Position numbers and translations under genes: made by a program. A DNA stretch of 52,191 bases from Octopus bimaculoides (lineage: Eukaryota), in the NCBI RefSeq assembly GCF_001194135.2, contig NC_068982.1:51838002-51890192 (forward strand), read 5' to 3'. Shown one piece after another: positions 37,777 to 51,859 of this stretch. Under the pieces are notes generated by a model, which ran no database searches, had not been told where the DNA came from, and saw only the letters and a list, made by a program, of their open reading frames with translations. Each line of letters begins with the position of its first letter. Within the stretch, counting starts at the first letter, position 1.

Positions 37777-40628
37777 CTGGTGGAAAAAAAAAAAAATACT
37801 TATAAATAATTGAATATTAAACAAGACAAGTAAAGAAAGATAATTTTATTGGAAAAGATTATCAGATCACTGCAAATTCAGATTAACTCTTTTCCAACAC
37901 ACAAGTTGAAATTTTCAGACCAAAATTTACAATCAAAAAAGGTAGGTTAACTAGGTAGGTTAACTATAAACCAAGACAACTTTGGAGCACCAAAAATTCT
38001 ATGTGAACTGCAACAAGATTTAAAAAGATAGTGATGATGTTTGAATGCCAGAAAATATGGTAATAGTTTAAGTACAGACATGGCTGTGTGGTTAACAAAT
38101 TCACGTTGCTGCCATATAAATTCCACTACATCTTGGACAAGTGTTGTCTAATGTAACTAATAGCATGGGAATGAATATCAGTAGACAGAAATTCTGAGGA
38201 TGATGACCTTCCTCTGTGTGTGTGCGTGTGCGTGCATATGCATGTGTGTCTGTGTGTGCTAGTATAAAATTGGTGTCTCAAATTATATTCCTTTACACTA
38301 AAAGATAACACAGCCATACAATAAATTAAGCACCTGACTATATACTGGATTAGATATCATTGGCTAAAAACCCTGTGAAGGCAGTCCCCTGCCATGGCTG
38401 AAACCAGTAAAAGAATATTTCAAGAATATTTTCTCTTATTTACTAATAAAATTATCACTGAATTTATCAACAACCAAGTCTCTCCCTCTAACAACTTTAA
38501 CATCTTACTAAATACAGCCCCCCCCCCTCTTGAAACACACAATTTTGGTTCCATCCAATAGTGTGGAAAACAGGTCTTTTAAAGAAGCAAATATGATGAA
38601 CTATAACTTTATTATGACTGCTTGGTGAAGAAGTTCACTTCACAACCATATGGTTTCAGTTCAATCCCACTGCAAAATACTTTGAGAATATGTCTCTTCT
38701 ACCATAATTCCAGATTGACCAATGCCTTGAGAATACAATTTGGTAGCTGGAAACTGTGGAGCCCATCATATCATCATCATTTAACATCCATTTTCTATGC
38801 TGGCATGGGTAGGACAGTTTAACCAGAGCTGGCAAGCAGGAGAGCTGCACCAGTTTCCAGTCTGATTTTGCTTGTTTCTATGGCTGGATGCTCTCCCTAA
38901 TGCCAATCACTTTACAGAGTGTACTGGGTGCTTTTTACATGGCAGTGTATGTATATGATGTGAATGTTGATGAAGAAAATGACCAAACAAAATTGGTATG
39001 TTGAGCAAAGAATACTTTGGTATATTAAGTTTGAGTTATGCCCTTTCAAATGAAGATAGACTTATTTTACCAATCTTATATGGGATAAAATGGTTAATTA
39101 CAACAAATATTGAGTTCTTTATAATCAATTAAAAACTCTGAAAGCAGCAATGCATCAGTGTGATTATAATTGAAAGTTTGAAACCAGTATGTGAAAAAAA
39201 TATCTAATATAACATTGATTTATGTACAACATAACAACACATCATTGAACACAAAACAAGCAAAATATTAGGGTCAGATATGGTTGGTTGAAATGCTAAA
39301 GGATTAAGATGCATCCAAGAACTACATTTAAGAAATAATAAGAGCTGAGCACAATAAACAAACCAGCCAAATCTGACTATTCACACCTACCCTACAATGT
39401 CATTCTAAAAAACAAACAATCACATCATTTAAATCTCAAAGTTACAAGATAATGCATGATTAATTCAAAACAATGTGAATAAATAAATATTACGTTAGAC
39501 AGAATAATCTGAATGCTAAAGGGTTAAATTTAGTTCTTGACAGGATCATAAGGGACTACGGGCAAGTGTTTGATCATGCCTTTTGTTAAAAGAAGATAGA
39601 TGAGAGACAAATTTCCTGGATACAACACCAGCCAATCATAGATATATTTTCCTCTGAACAGTAGACATTTATCCTCAAGTTAGGTAATGAGAGTTTTTAT
39701 GTAGCCACTTGATCAGCTAACAACAGCAGTCAAATCTTCCTAAAATTGAATACTACCATCTTAAAAGACAATATAATGGATAATATAGTCCTAGAAATAC
39801 TGTCTACAGTAAAAAATGGAATCAACAAAGCTGGAACATCTTTGATCATTGGGTCTACGAGTTAAGAATTCACCTAATCTATGGTTTTTATCAAAAAAAA
39901 AAAAGAGTCAAATGCAAGCACAAGGATTTGAACACTGCAATACTTTAGCTGGTTGCATTATCAAGTGCACTGCATGTATTTCATTATGAATATAACAATT
40001 TATTTCTCAATTTAGTAGCAAGAGATGGCAGTTAATTAGGCATCGTACAGTTGTTGTTTAGCCTAAGGTCAGCACTGACTGAATACCTATGATTGAAGGG
40101 ATTCCATTCTTAACCTGCTAGAAATAGTAATCGAATTTCTCAAAAAAATTTACTGTCTAAATAAAAGGTTACATTTAAGACTGCATAAAATGATGCAGGA
40201 TCTTATCTATGATGCTTTATCATAGATTGTGATTGTTCTGATTAAAAATATCAAGATATAACATCAAGAGATAAAAAAAAAAAAGATAGAAAGATAATGG
40301 TTGAAAAACTGAGTTATTTTTAAAACAAAGACACTTTATGATATTAGCGTCAAGAAGGTTATTTGAAAGTAGAACACTACCATCAAACAAGAACATTAAA
40401 TTTGGAGAGAAAGCAGTAATCAATATAGTATTTGAATTATATTAATATACTTTTATCAATAACTAGTGGAGTGTAGTTACAAATCGAAAAGGTGTGGCTG
40501 TTAAATACAACACATTTTATAGATATAGGCACACAAATATTTGATCACAAACATGAAAAACATACTCAAGTGTAACACAATAAAATATCCTTGAATATGT
40601 TATTATTTATATTACATGTTATTAAATA

Positions 40629-40848
40629 CAAGGGGGGTGTGTGAAAAATTCCTAGCTTTAAGGGTATCATGAAAGGCCTGGTTGGTGTCCCAACTTTCTG
40701 AGTCTTTTTACAGAGCTTAGAAAAACTGAAAGACTGTTGTAATAAGTGTGTGAATCTGAGAAAGGAATCTGTTGAATAAAATCATAATTAACCGATCCTC
40801 TTGTATTTTCTTTTATCCAAAAGGCAGGAACTTTTCAGCACCCCCTCA
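40629..40848 (+). mobile_element. Mariner-derived MITE
   Basis: TIRs caagggggg.gtgtgaaaaattcc / ggaacttttcagcaccccctca with TA flanks; interior retains the transposase end LEKLKD.CNKCVNLR...VE*. Confidence 0.75.
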
Positions 40849-42882
40849 TAAATGAAATAGCTTAGTATTTCGAAATCTTTTCATTCAGAATTCTTCACAT
40901 ATATATATGTGCAAGGACATAACAATATGGTTAAGAAGTTAACTTTGCACTCACTTTGAATCTAGATTTGATTTCCTGATGCAGTACCTTAGGGAGATGT
41001 CTTTCGCTGTAGCCTTGAATTGGCTTATGAATAGAATTATAATAGCTTAGAGATAAGTGTACAGAAATCCATTAAGTGTGTGTGTGTGTGTGTGTGTGAG
41101 CACACACTTATACCTCTTTACCACTATCTTTTCTTTTCCCAACTAAGGCAGCCACATATCTCCTCTATTGTAAGACACCTGTTTTTGTCTCCTTTATCAT
41201 ATCTTAACTGCTCATCACCTAGCATAAAGCTACCCCCCTTAAAACTACAACTCCTCAGATGTGGGGGTCTTGTCTTGTGAATTACTTGTTGAGCTCACTT
41301 GTGCTGGTACCATATAAACCAATAGATTCTGTGAAGTGGTTGGCATTAGGAAGGGCATCCATCCAAAGCAGACAATAGAGCTTTGTGCAATCTTCTGACT
41401 CATTGGCTCCTATCAAATCAGTTAACACATACCAGCATAGAAAAATGGATGCTAAACGATGATGATGAGGAGGAGGAGGAGGAGGAGGATATTTGTTTAT
41501 AGCTGTGTAAATTGGTGTGCTGAGTTGTATCTTTTTACTCCAAAAGGTAACCTGGCCATTCTACAGAGAGTGATGAAATAAGTACCACACTGAAATAAGT
41601 ACTGAATGTACTTGAAATCAATGTTCCAGCAAGACTGCAGTTCAATAAAAGGAACCAATAAAAGAATGCACTCTGGGAGGTATTTGTTTTGGCTTGTCTC
41701 CTATAAGTGCCGTGTTGTTTAAGCGTGTTTTGTATTATGTATATATTCATAAATAAAATACATGTGATTATATCAAAAAAAAAAAAAAAGAAAATCAAAC
41801 AATAATAAAGGTAATGATAATGATCATCATCATACACATTTGTGTGTTTGTGTGTTTGTGTGACCAAACAGGAAATAATTAGATGTGAATGACTTCTAAA
41901 ATTCTGTCATGTTAAATATAGAAGAACAATTCTAATTAACAGACAAGGAAACAAGATGTTTACAATAACAACACAATAAACATTATAGAAGTTTCAAAGT
42001 ACAAGTTGTGGTCTGTGAAGGGCATTAATAGAAACTATCAAGCTATGTGATTATTGAGTGTTAAATTAAATAGAAAGGAGAGGTAAGGGACGACACAACA
42101 AAATTTCAATGTCATGTGTAATTAATTGTGACTAAAGAGTTAAGATTGAAGAATGAGAAATGTCCTCGCACAAGAGGTGAAACAAGAGAAGTAGCTCCCT
42201 TTAGTTCCAAAGCAAAACAAAAATTCTTGTTAATAAGAAGTCAATGAATACGATCTCATTTGTTAGTTAATTATATCTAAGTTCATTGATTAGATATGTT
42301 ATATCCTCACACATTAGAGGGCTACAGAAAAAGTTCCATCCTGAGTCATATACACTCATAGGGTTGGTTTCCCAGTTTCTGTGGTGTATATATTCCCCAC
42401 CTGGACAGAACGCCAGTCCAGCACAGGTTTACTCGTTTTTGCCAGCTGAGTGGACTGGAGCAATGTGAAATAAAGTGTTTTACTCAAGAACACAATGTGT
42501 TGCTTGGTCCAGGAATTGAAACTACAATCTTATGATCATGAGTCCAACACCCTAACCACTAACCCATGCACTTCTACATGGGGTTACCAAAGTTGACAAT
42601 TATAATGAGTTAACTCATAAAGTTATCCATAAACCTTTGTTTTTGTTCAATGTGAGGAGCCATTTTGGAACATCTCATTTACTGCTGAGTCTGCAGCTCA
42701 TCTCTTCAATAAGAAATTACAACAATATCTAACATTGTTTTCTTCAGTGATGCAAAGGAAAAGTGCTTTTGGTGTTGTTTTTCTTGTAGTTTTGCCCCAA
42801 GTTAATTTTGATCAAGAAGTCACACAACCACCATATTTTCAAAGTATTCCAGTTATGACCAACTTGTCTTTGGTGTAACTAC

Positions 42883-43090
42883 AGCTGGCAGAATCATTAG
42901 CATGTCAGGCAAAATGCTCAACGGCATTTTGTCTGTCTTTACATTTTGAGCTCAAATTCTGCTACAGTCGATTTTGCCTTTCATCCTTTCGGGTTCGATA
43001 AAATAAGTGTCAGTTCAGCAGTGTGGTCAATATAATCGACTTATCCCGTCCCTCGAACTTGCTGGCTTTGTGCCAAAAATTTGAAACCAA
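42883..43090 (+). mobile_element. tRNA-derived SINE family 2. Others at ~2495-2600, 3775-3975, 5255-5450, 10424-10615, 18740-18860, 34470-34665, 46770-46930, 47270-47480
   Basis: Head gctggcagaatc.ttagca, B-box-like gagttcaaattc and core gactttgcctttcatcctttc recur. Confidence 0.8.
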
Positions 43091-43149
43091 TATGCAGGAC
43101 ATTATTCATTATCTAATGTTTTCTTTCTATAATTAAGAAGATAAAATAT

Positions 43150-44200
43150 GATTTGGAGAACATTTGGTTGATAGTTATATTAGGTTGAACAACCATGTAA
43201 AGGCTCCTCATTGACTGCAGGAAAAGTCATTTGTAATTAGAAGTGAACAGTGGGTTAGTGTGGTTTTGCTAGTTTTGAAGTGTGAGACAGTAGAAATGAC
43301 ATGTATAAAAGACGGTTTGAGAGAGATATTATTTTAAGCATAGAGTACAACTAAGTCTTAAGGTTAGCCTTGTGGGTCTTATGACAGTTGTGCATTTGCA
43401 CACATCATGGTTTTCTTTTTGAGATAGAGTTTTAGATTGGATACCATTCATGCTTTTAACCATTTTCAGGACTGATTACTTTATTTATTGTTCTGAGTAG
43501 GTTTTAAGAAGGGAATGACACTCAATCAAGAAGGCAAAGACAAGTGTAATAAAAAAAATACTAGGTCAGAACAGTTGAGTTTAGTATATTGGAAATCATT
43601 ACTGTGATAGTAAAACAAGAACAGTGAAATTGCTATTTACAAACTGCTTATGGAACAATGTATATCTAACAAAAAGTTAACCAATCAGAAATGACAGCAA
43701 AGGAAATATATATGGTAGGATTGACAGCAAAATAAATAATTTTAAAAAGTATTTTCATTGATCTGGTCTGGTCTGGTCTGGTCTGCAGGAAGGAGCTGTG
43801 ATTATTGCTTTCACAACCACTTTGATGTAAAGTTCTGCTTGAATAGTTACATGTTGTCTGCTGCAGGAAAATCACATTGCAGGGACAGAACTCCAGAGGG
43901 TAGTTTTGGATATGAAGGATTGGGTGTATTGTTCAGTGTTTGGGGGAGATGGAAGGGATAAAGTTGACACAGTATGGAAGACAAGAGAAGGAGAGATGAG
44001 TAAAGAAAGAATAAATACAAGAATTGACCTGAGATCAGCTAAGTAAAAGGCAGAGCGAGTAGTCAGCACATTTCTAGAATATAAATAGAAGTGTGATGGT
44101 GAGTAATTTCATACCCATCAATGTGGTAGTGGTCTTTGTTTTGATGCAGGTTAGGATGTTTGTATACAGCAACAGCACTGACTGTCCCAAATGTTCGAGT
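43150..44200 (-). mobile_element. Highly decayed LINE (L2/Daphne-like) endonuclease region
   Basis: Only weak motif traces by manual translation (HYHIDGYEI; QTRPDQ.SMKIL; a GDF-like site). Confidence 0.3.
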
Positions 44201-46409
44201 AGTACTTCACTGTAAGTCTTATTTGAGCATTGTTAAGAGTTCATGCCTATTAGGGAATTAAATATTTTTCTGACTCTAAGGAGAAAGGTAAGTCTTTGTG
44301 ATATGGTTTTGGTTATACTGAGGATGTGCATTTTGTGGTGGGACATGTTACACTTATTTTATATGTCGACACAGATTACAGAAACCCATATGATATTTAT
44401 TCTATTTTGTTATACGAGCAATGCACCAGGTGTTATAACCTACAACCACATTGTATTATTTGTTCTTTTCTTAAGGGCAGAATCAGCACACGAGGAGTAT
44501 GAAACAAACAAATCTTTTTTATAAACATGTTTTTCAGTTATTTTTTTGATGAACAACGCTGCAGTTTCTGTCTACCGAATACAGTCACAAGTTTGTGATT
44601 GGCCTAGGGCTATAGTAGAAAACACTTGCCCAAGATACCATGCAGAGGGACTGAATATGGAACCATGTGGTTGGGAAGCAAACTTCTCAACCACATGGTT
44701 CCACATTCTTGCACCTAGTATGTGTGTGTGTGTGTGTGTGCTTTTACATTTGTTGTTAAATTGAGTATTGTGTCCCACTATGTCTCAATGTTAGCAGTTC
44801 ATCAATGTTAGCAGTATGATCAATTAAGTTTTTGAAGATGATACCCCATCATGATGACAGTCGAAAGACTAAACCCAGTAAAATAATGTTTAAAGACTTA
44901 ACGGCTTCAAATTTAAGGTAATGGATTACTAACCACAAGATCAAAACTTTGTATTGAACTTCCACTCTATACAATAACACTATATGTACATCTCAGTCTA
45001 CTTCACTTCCAACAATTAACAATATTAATTTGAAGTTGAATGGTTAGCAATAAGAAAGATGTCCAGATTTCTTTAAAAAAATCATTGTGCAAAATATTCT
45101 GAGAAAAAGTATATTTTTCACCACAACAAAACACATACACAGAGGTGTGTCTGTGATAACTTGAGCTACTACAAATAGCAGTCAAATCTCTTTTAAAACA
45201 CACCCTTTCATCAATATTTACACTATTTCAGGAAGAAAAAAAAACTATGTGATGGGTCTGCTACATCAGAGGCAACTCTGGACTAAACAAAACACAGACA
45301 AACATACTTCACATTAAAAGATTATCTACTAAATAATATTAATAAAGTTGACGGTATATCTTCGAAGATTCATTCCCTGGTAAAACTCCATGTATTTTAA
45401 CCGTTTCTCATTATGCTCCAAGACATAAAGATTGTTCAAGCAGAGTTGCCTCTCTTAGCTAAAGACTTCAAAATTGTGCAACCCAACCTTGTTTTTGAGG
45501 TTACTTTTGTAGTAAAAAAGAGTTGTGCAAAAAACATACTTTATTTAGTAGCCAAAAGATTACTAAATCTTTTGATACCTCATACATCAACTCAGTTTTC
45601 AAATTCATAAGGAACATATGCACACATACACAAACTCTGTTTTATATATTAAGATTATTGTTTAAAAGAAGTTTACATTTGCAAAATATGCCTTAATCCT
45701 TTAACATTCAAACCAGCTAAATCTGGTCCAAATATTCAACCTGTTTTATGTTTAAACTGGCCAGATCCAACCTCTCACACCTACATGCAATGTCATTCTA
45801 AGGATAAAACAATCACACCATCAATATCTTGAAGCTACAAGATAATGCACGAGCAATTCACGTGAATAAATAAATAAATATTACATTTGACTGAATAATC
45901 TGAATGCTAATGGGCTAAAAAATGGTGCTGGATGACAGAATTGAAGGAGAGCTGGACAAAACACTTTACAGTATTTAGGACTCACAAGGCCAGAGCTTAA
46001 ACTCGTTTCCATGGTATATAAGTGTCTGAGATTACAACACTCACTCCTGAATGGGAGGCAGACCTGTCACAGGGTTAACTTCCCAGATATTGCAGGAACT
46101 CATTTACAGCTGAATGGATTACAGCAATGTAAAATGAAGTTTTTTGCTCAAGAACACAATGCACTGCCTGTCGCAGGAATTGAAACTATGATCTTACAAT
46201 TATGAGCTCAACATTCTCATCCACACATGTAAACCATATGCCATCACTTTACAGTATTCAGACAGAGTTTAAATCCAGTCCAGGTTGTTGGAGCCTTTCG
46301 TCCTACCAAGACAAATAAAATAAGTAAGAGTCAACTGGATTGATTTAATCAAATATAATCTGTCCTGCCACAAAATTAGTTGCCTTGTGTCTATGTTAGA
46401 TATCAATAT

Positions 46410-46464
<55 letters not shown>

Positions 46465-47950
46465 TTTTTTTCTCTCTATTTTTGTTCCTCTCTTCCCTTT
46501 CTGTAAAAGGTATAGGCTCTGTCTTTTGTTTTCTGTACATTCGAACTATACATACATACCCACAGAGCAGAAACAAATAACAAAAAAATAAAAAGCTGCA
46601 AAATGGCATATACTATTTCCACTTACATTTTAACCACAGTAAAGGAAATAAATCTTGATATCTTGAATATCACACTCATATCTAAACAAAATGGTCTTCA
46701 TTTAATTTTCTTTGTAGCATTTTATCAACAGTTTTCCTCCAATTTATATTATTTATAATTTCTCTCGAGCAGTGAGGTGTAAGAATCATTAGAACACTGG
46801 AAAAAAGGTTTTGCAGTATTCCTTCTAACCCTTGACATTCTGAGTTGAAATTCTACAGAGGTTGTGTGGGGGTCAATGTCACTGACTAACCCACTTCCCT
46901 ACAATTGCTGGTCTTGAGTCAAAATTACAATTTCTCTCTCTCTCTCTCTCATGTTTTTACATAATTCCTGTTTCAGTTCAACTATATGTTCTTTTTAAAA
47001 TTGATTGCAATGTCTGTTAATTCACATTCTGATATGACTTCCTCATTTTGCTTTTCTTCTTCCATGACAGTTAAACTACAACTTACGGGGTAAAACAGTC
47101 AAAGTGCTTTTAACAACTCAACAATAGCAACTCTCGACTTCATGCCTGAACTGTTCCATTTTATTTCAAATAATAAACACAAATTCTATTAACAGGTGTG
47201 CACGTATGCACACGTGACTCTTATTGTTAATATCTTTTGAAGTGTTATGATGTTATTTCAAAATAAGGTGTGGTGGCAGAATTGTTAGCACACTGGGCAA
47301 ACTGCTTGGTGGCATTTTGTCGATCCTTATGTTCTGAGTTCAAATTCTGTGGAAGTCGACTTTACCTTTCATCCTTTCAAGGTCGATAAAAAAAATATCA
47401 GTTGAGTACTGGGGTCAATGTAATCAACTTACTCCCTGCCTTATAATTGCTGGACTTATGCCAAAAATTGAAACCGTTATGTTATTTCAAAATAGAAAGG
47501 GGAAAATATCAAACCAAATAAAGCTTGTTATTAGTTTAGACAACAATATCATCTTTTACTTGTTTCAGTCATTGGACTGTGGTCATACTGGGGTTACAGT
47601 CTTGAAAGATTTTAATCAAACAAATTCATGCCAGTACATATTCTTTATAGCCTGGTACTTATTCTATTAATTTGCTATGTGAAACTAGTAAATTGCAGGA
47701 TGTAAACAAACCAACACTGGTTGTCATGCAATAAAGTGGAAGACAACATAGACTCACACATAGATATAGACTCCTATATATGATGAGTCTCTTTCAGTTT
47801 CTGTTTGCCAAATCCACTCATAAGGCTTTGGTCAGCCTTGGTTCCACACAGTGGGATTGAACCGGGAACTATGTGGTCGGGAAGCAAACTTACCATACAG
47901 CCACAACTGTACCTACGAAAACTTCGCTGTACTGACATAACCATGATATA

Positions 47951-48161
47951 GGAGGGAGTGCTGAAAAGTTCCTGGCTTTAAGGGTACCACTAAAGGCCTA
48001 GTTGGAGGACCAACCTTTTGAGTTTTTATACAGGGCTTAGAAAAACTGAAGGACTGCTGCAATAAGTGAATCAGAGGGAAATACATTGAATGAAATCATA
48101 ATTAACTGATCCTCCTGTTTTTTCTTTTACCTAAAGTCAGAAACTTTACAGCATCTCCTTG
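47951..48161 (+). mobile_element. Second copy of the mariner-derived MITE
   Basis: Aligns with 40629-40848 along its length; TIR ggagggagtgctgaaaagttcctggcttta. Confidence 0.75.
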
Positions 48162-48994
48162 CATATATTTATGTTGTACTTAGTTTCAGGTCAACCATAA
48201 TTGAGCAGACAATGCAAAAAGCATTCCAACCATGACCAGTTTGTCTTTTTAAGGAGTTGTAAGAGCTACAATTATCTAATATGACCTTTTAAGAAGATAG
48301 GTTATGACTTAATCCATTAGCAACTGAATACATGTAATACTTATTTATTCACATAGTTTTGAATTAATCATGCATTATCTCATAGCTTTGTGATTTCAAT
48401 GATATGATTATTTTTATAATGACATTGTATGGTAGATGTGAAAGGTAGAATCTGGCCAGTCTGAACATAAAAGAGGTAGAATATTAGGACCAGATATGGC
48501 CAGTTTAAATGCTAAAGGGTTAAGGGAAATTTGTCTGTTATTTCTAGCAGTTCGAGTGACCATATAGAGGCTCCCTCAAATCTACATGTATGTATATGTG
48601 AATATGTGTATGACCAAACAAAAAAAAAAAGTTGAGAATTTTTGGAATGTCAATTGTACTGATAGAATCTAGCAGATGAAAGGAAACTTTTCATTAGCCC
48701 TTTATGTTATGACAGGAAGAATTTTGCTATGTAATATATATACTGTGTATAGATTGCTGCTGTCATATAGTAATTGTTATAAGATCTAGCACAGGCTGAG
48801 TATTAGTTGTCAGCAATAGTTATTGTTACTTGTCAATAGTGGGCACAAACTGCTGAGCACCAGCTCACTGTCTATCTATCTTTCTATATGTCAGTATAAG
48901 TGTGGAGGTGTGTGTGTGTGTGTACACAGGAAAGTAGGTTGGACATTGTTGCATGAAAAATCTTATAAAATATTGTGTGTGTGTGTGTGTGTGT

Positions 48995-49361
48995 AGCTTG
49001 CTTACGAACCACATGGTTCCGGGTTCAGTCCCACTGCTTGGCACCTTGGGCAAGTGTCTTCTACTATAGCCTCGGGCCGACCAAAGCCTTGTGAGTGGAT
49101 TTGGTAGACGGAAACTGAAAGAAGCCTGTCGTATATATGTATATATATATGTATGTGTGTTTGTGTGTCTGTGTTTGTCCCCCCACCACCGCTTGACAAC
49201 CGATGCTGGTGTGTTTACGTCCCCATAACTTAGCAGTTCGGCAAAAAAAAGACCGATAGAATAAATACTAGGCTTACAAAGAATAAGTCCTGGGGTTGAT
49301 TTTCTCGACTAAAGGCGGTGCTCCAGCATGGCCGCAGTCAAATGACTGAAACAAGTAAAAG
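48995..49361 (+). mobile_element. tRNA-derived SINE family 1, best-preserved copy. Others at ~9143-9560, 14385-14755, 17490-18200 (two), 22190-22352, 26680-26830, 29600-30000, 35350-35865, 44560-44700, 47550-47915, 49545-49893, 50118-50310
   Basis: B-box-like GGTTCAGTCCC, conserved core ggcaccttgggcaagtgtcttctactatagcc, internal (TG)n and tail gactgaaacaagtaaaag recur many times in both orientations. Confidence 0.85.
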
Positions 49362-49379
49362 NNNNNNNNNNNNATATAT

Positions 49380-49421
<42 letters not shown>

Positions 49422-50309
49422 TACATCCACATATACATACACAAACACACACAAAGGAGCATGAGCCCTTATATAGACATAAAGAGACCCTATTGATTTT
49501 TCCATAGTCATCTCAAGTACAGTGGAAGTCTATCTTTTTTTTTTTTGCTTTTACGTGTTTCAGTCATTAGACTGCGGTCATGCTGGAGCACCAGTGCGAA
49601 GATGTTTTAATCACATTAATCAACTCCAGTACTTATTTTTTGTTAAAGCCTGGTGTCTTTTGCCAAACTGCTAAGTTACAGAGACATAAACACACCAACA
49701 CCGGTTGTCAAATGGTGGCCACACACACACACACACGATGGCCTTCTTTCAGTTTCTGTCTACTAAATCCATTCACAAGGCCTTGGCTGGCTGGTGGCTA
49801 AAGTAGAAGACTCTCACCCAAGGTGCCATGCAATGGGACTGAACCCAGAACCAAGTGGTTGGGAAGCAAGCTTCTAAACCACACAGCCATGCCTGTTGAA
49901 GAGTGTTAAGAGTAGGGCCTGGATGACAGTATGAACACATGGTAGGGTCATAACAAACATGACAAAACACATGCATACACACATGCAGATACACACAGAT
50001 ACGTTGAGGTCATAAGAATTTTAAAACTTTGAGAATGTGATGTAATTCTTTTTTGGAAGAGTGAATCTTTAAGCAAATATTTACATATTTATAGTTTTAT
50101 TTGCTTCAATGGATGGTGCTGGCATGGCATTGTGGTAAGAAGATTGCCTTCAGCCACATGGTTCTGGGTTCAGCTTCACTGCATGGCACCTTGGACAAGT
50201 GTCTTCTACTACAATTCCAAGCCATTTGTCTTTTACTGCTGTGTGTGTGTGTGAGTACAGATGGAAACTGAAAGAAGCCTGTCGTATATCATCATCATCA
50301 TCATCATTT

Positions 50310-51233
50310 CTGAAGCTATGACTGGCAGGAAGGCATTTTGATTGTGTCCACATTCCACAATTCATCCAACAAACTGTAGAACAAACTGTAGAACAAACTG
50401 ATGGAAGATAGGAGCAAGGGAATCTGGGCTTTGGTGAGAGAGATAGATTGGAGTCACCACCAAGATATGCAAGGGACAAAGTCTAACAGCCAAAGCCTAG
50501 GAGAACTACTTGATGAAGGCAAAGAAATGCCTGAACAAGTTGAGGCATTCTGTTGAGCTAGGGAAAATATGATTTTTCTCATGAAAAGAAGATCAGCCAG
50601 GATTAGTTTCATAACATTTTGAATAATAGGTGCTTGTCTACGATCCATATGATGTCCCATATGTCATGAAAACTAAGTTCCTCCAAACCATGATGGTCTC
50701 TAGGCTACCTCAAATCTTTGAACAGAGTCCTAGGCTCAATTCAGACAGTTATGTGAAACTGCTGGAAACTATTGTCAATCTCTGGCTGGAGAGGGTTGCT
50801 GCTGGAAAGCTATATGTGTGGCAGCAGGATTAAGCTCCTTGCCATACTTCAAGAAAGAGTCAGAAGTGGTTGTCCAAAAATTTCTATAATTTTATCAGCC
50901 TCAATTTCTGGATTTCTAACTTAAATCTCATGAATTACCATGAGTGTGATGCAGTTGAGAAAGTCACCAACTGCTTCCCCTATAAAACCTGAGCTGGAGG
51001 CTATGATCAAGGAGGTGCTCAAAGATCTTACCAAGAACATTGTGACAAACACATGTGCCAGATTCTGGAGCCATCTTAAGGCCATGTAGGAAGCTACTTC
51101 GAGTAAATTAATCCCTCAGTTATAATCTAGTTGATATTTTTTGCTTTATTAAACTGCATTTATTTTTGGATGAAATATCATGTTTTCTTTTCCTTTTCTT
51201 TTCCAAACTGTCAAATTGAGCAACAATGCCCTG
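50310..51233 (+). mobile_element. Degenerate Tc1/mariner transposase, maT/DD37D-like, with 3' terminus
   Basis: LNKLRH..FFSHEKK.SQD..HN..NNR, MKTKF.QTMMV, LNSDSYVKLLETIV..W...YVWQQD*APCHTSRKSQKWL..NF; ends ...ccctg followed by TA. The 5' end is replaced by a SINE. Confidence 0.8.
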
Positions 51234-51244
51234 TATGCAAATAA

Positions 51245-51292
<48 letters not shown>

Positions 51293-51578
51293 GTATATAC
51301 ATACACAAAAATGTAAATAGAGCAAAAATGGAAGACAGACAAGCAAAGCATTTGGGGTAACTCGATATGTCAATTGATGTATACTCCTTGCATTTCCTAT
51401 ATACTTAAGTATATAGACATATACATATGAAAATATATATTTAAAATACAGTGTACATTTAAACCCATCAGAGATGTTCATAATAGGACAGCTAACCCAC
51501 TAGAAGGAGCAGTTAAAACTCCACACCACAATTAGGAATAATTTCGAAAGGGAATGAAAAATAAAAACATTTCCCATC

Positions 51579-51626
<48 letters not shown>

Positions 51627-51859
51627 TACATATGAATATATATACATACATACACACCTGTATAAATATATGTACACACACATACACATTACAGTAAAAG
51701 ACAGACAAAGACAGAATCAAATGGATGAATATGAGCACGGCAGGTGCAAGTCTGAGGGACTGGTTGACAGAATACATTGTTAAAAATTTAAATTCCATAA
51801 CTGTTATAACAACAGTTATATTGAAATAAAATACCAGTTAAGCTGACTAACAAAGGTTA

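Noticed and set aside
46980-47190. Minus-strand donor CCCC|GTAAGT at 47076 as the first exon of the membrane gene
   Set aside because: Surrounding sequence looks like a mariner N-terminal remnant (RVAIVELLKAL) and has no promoter features.
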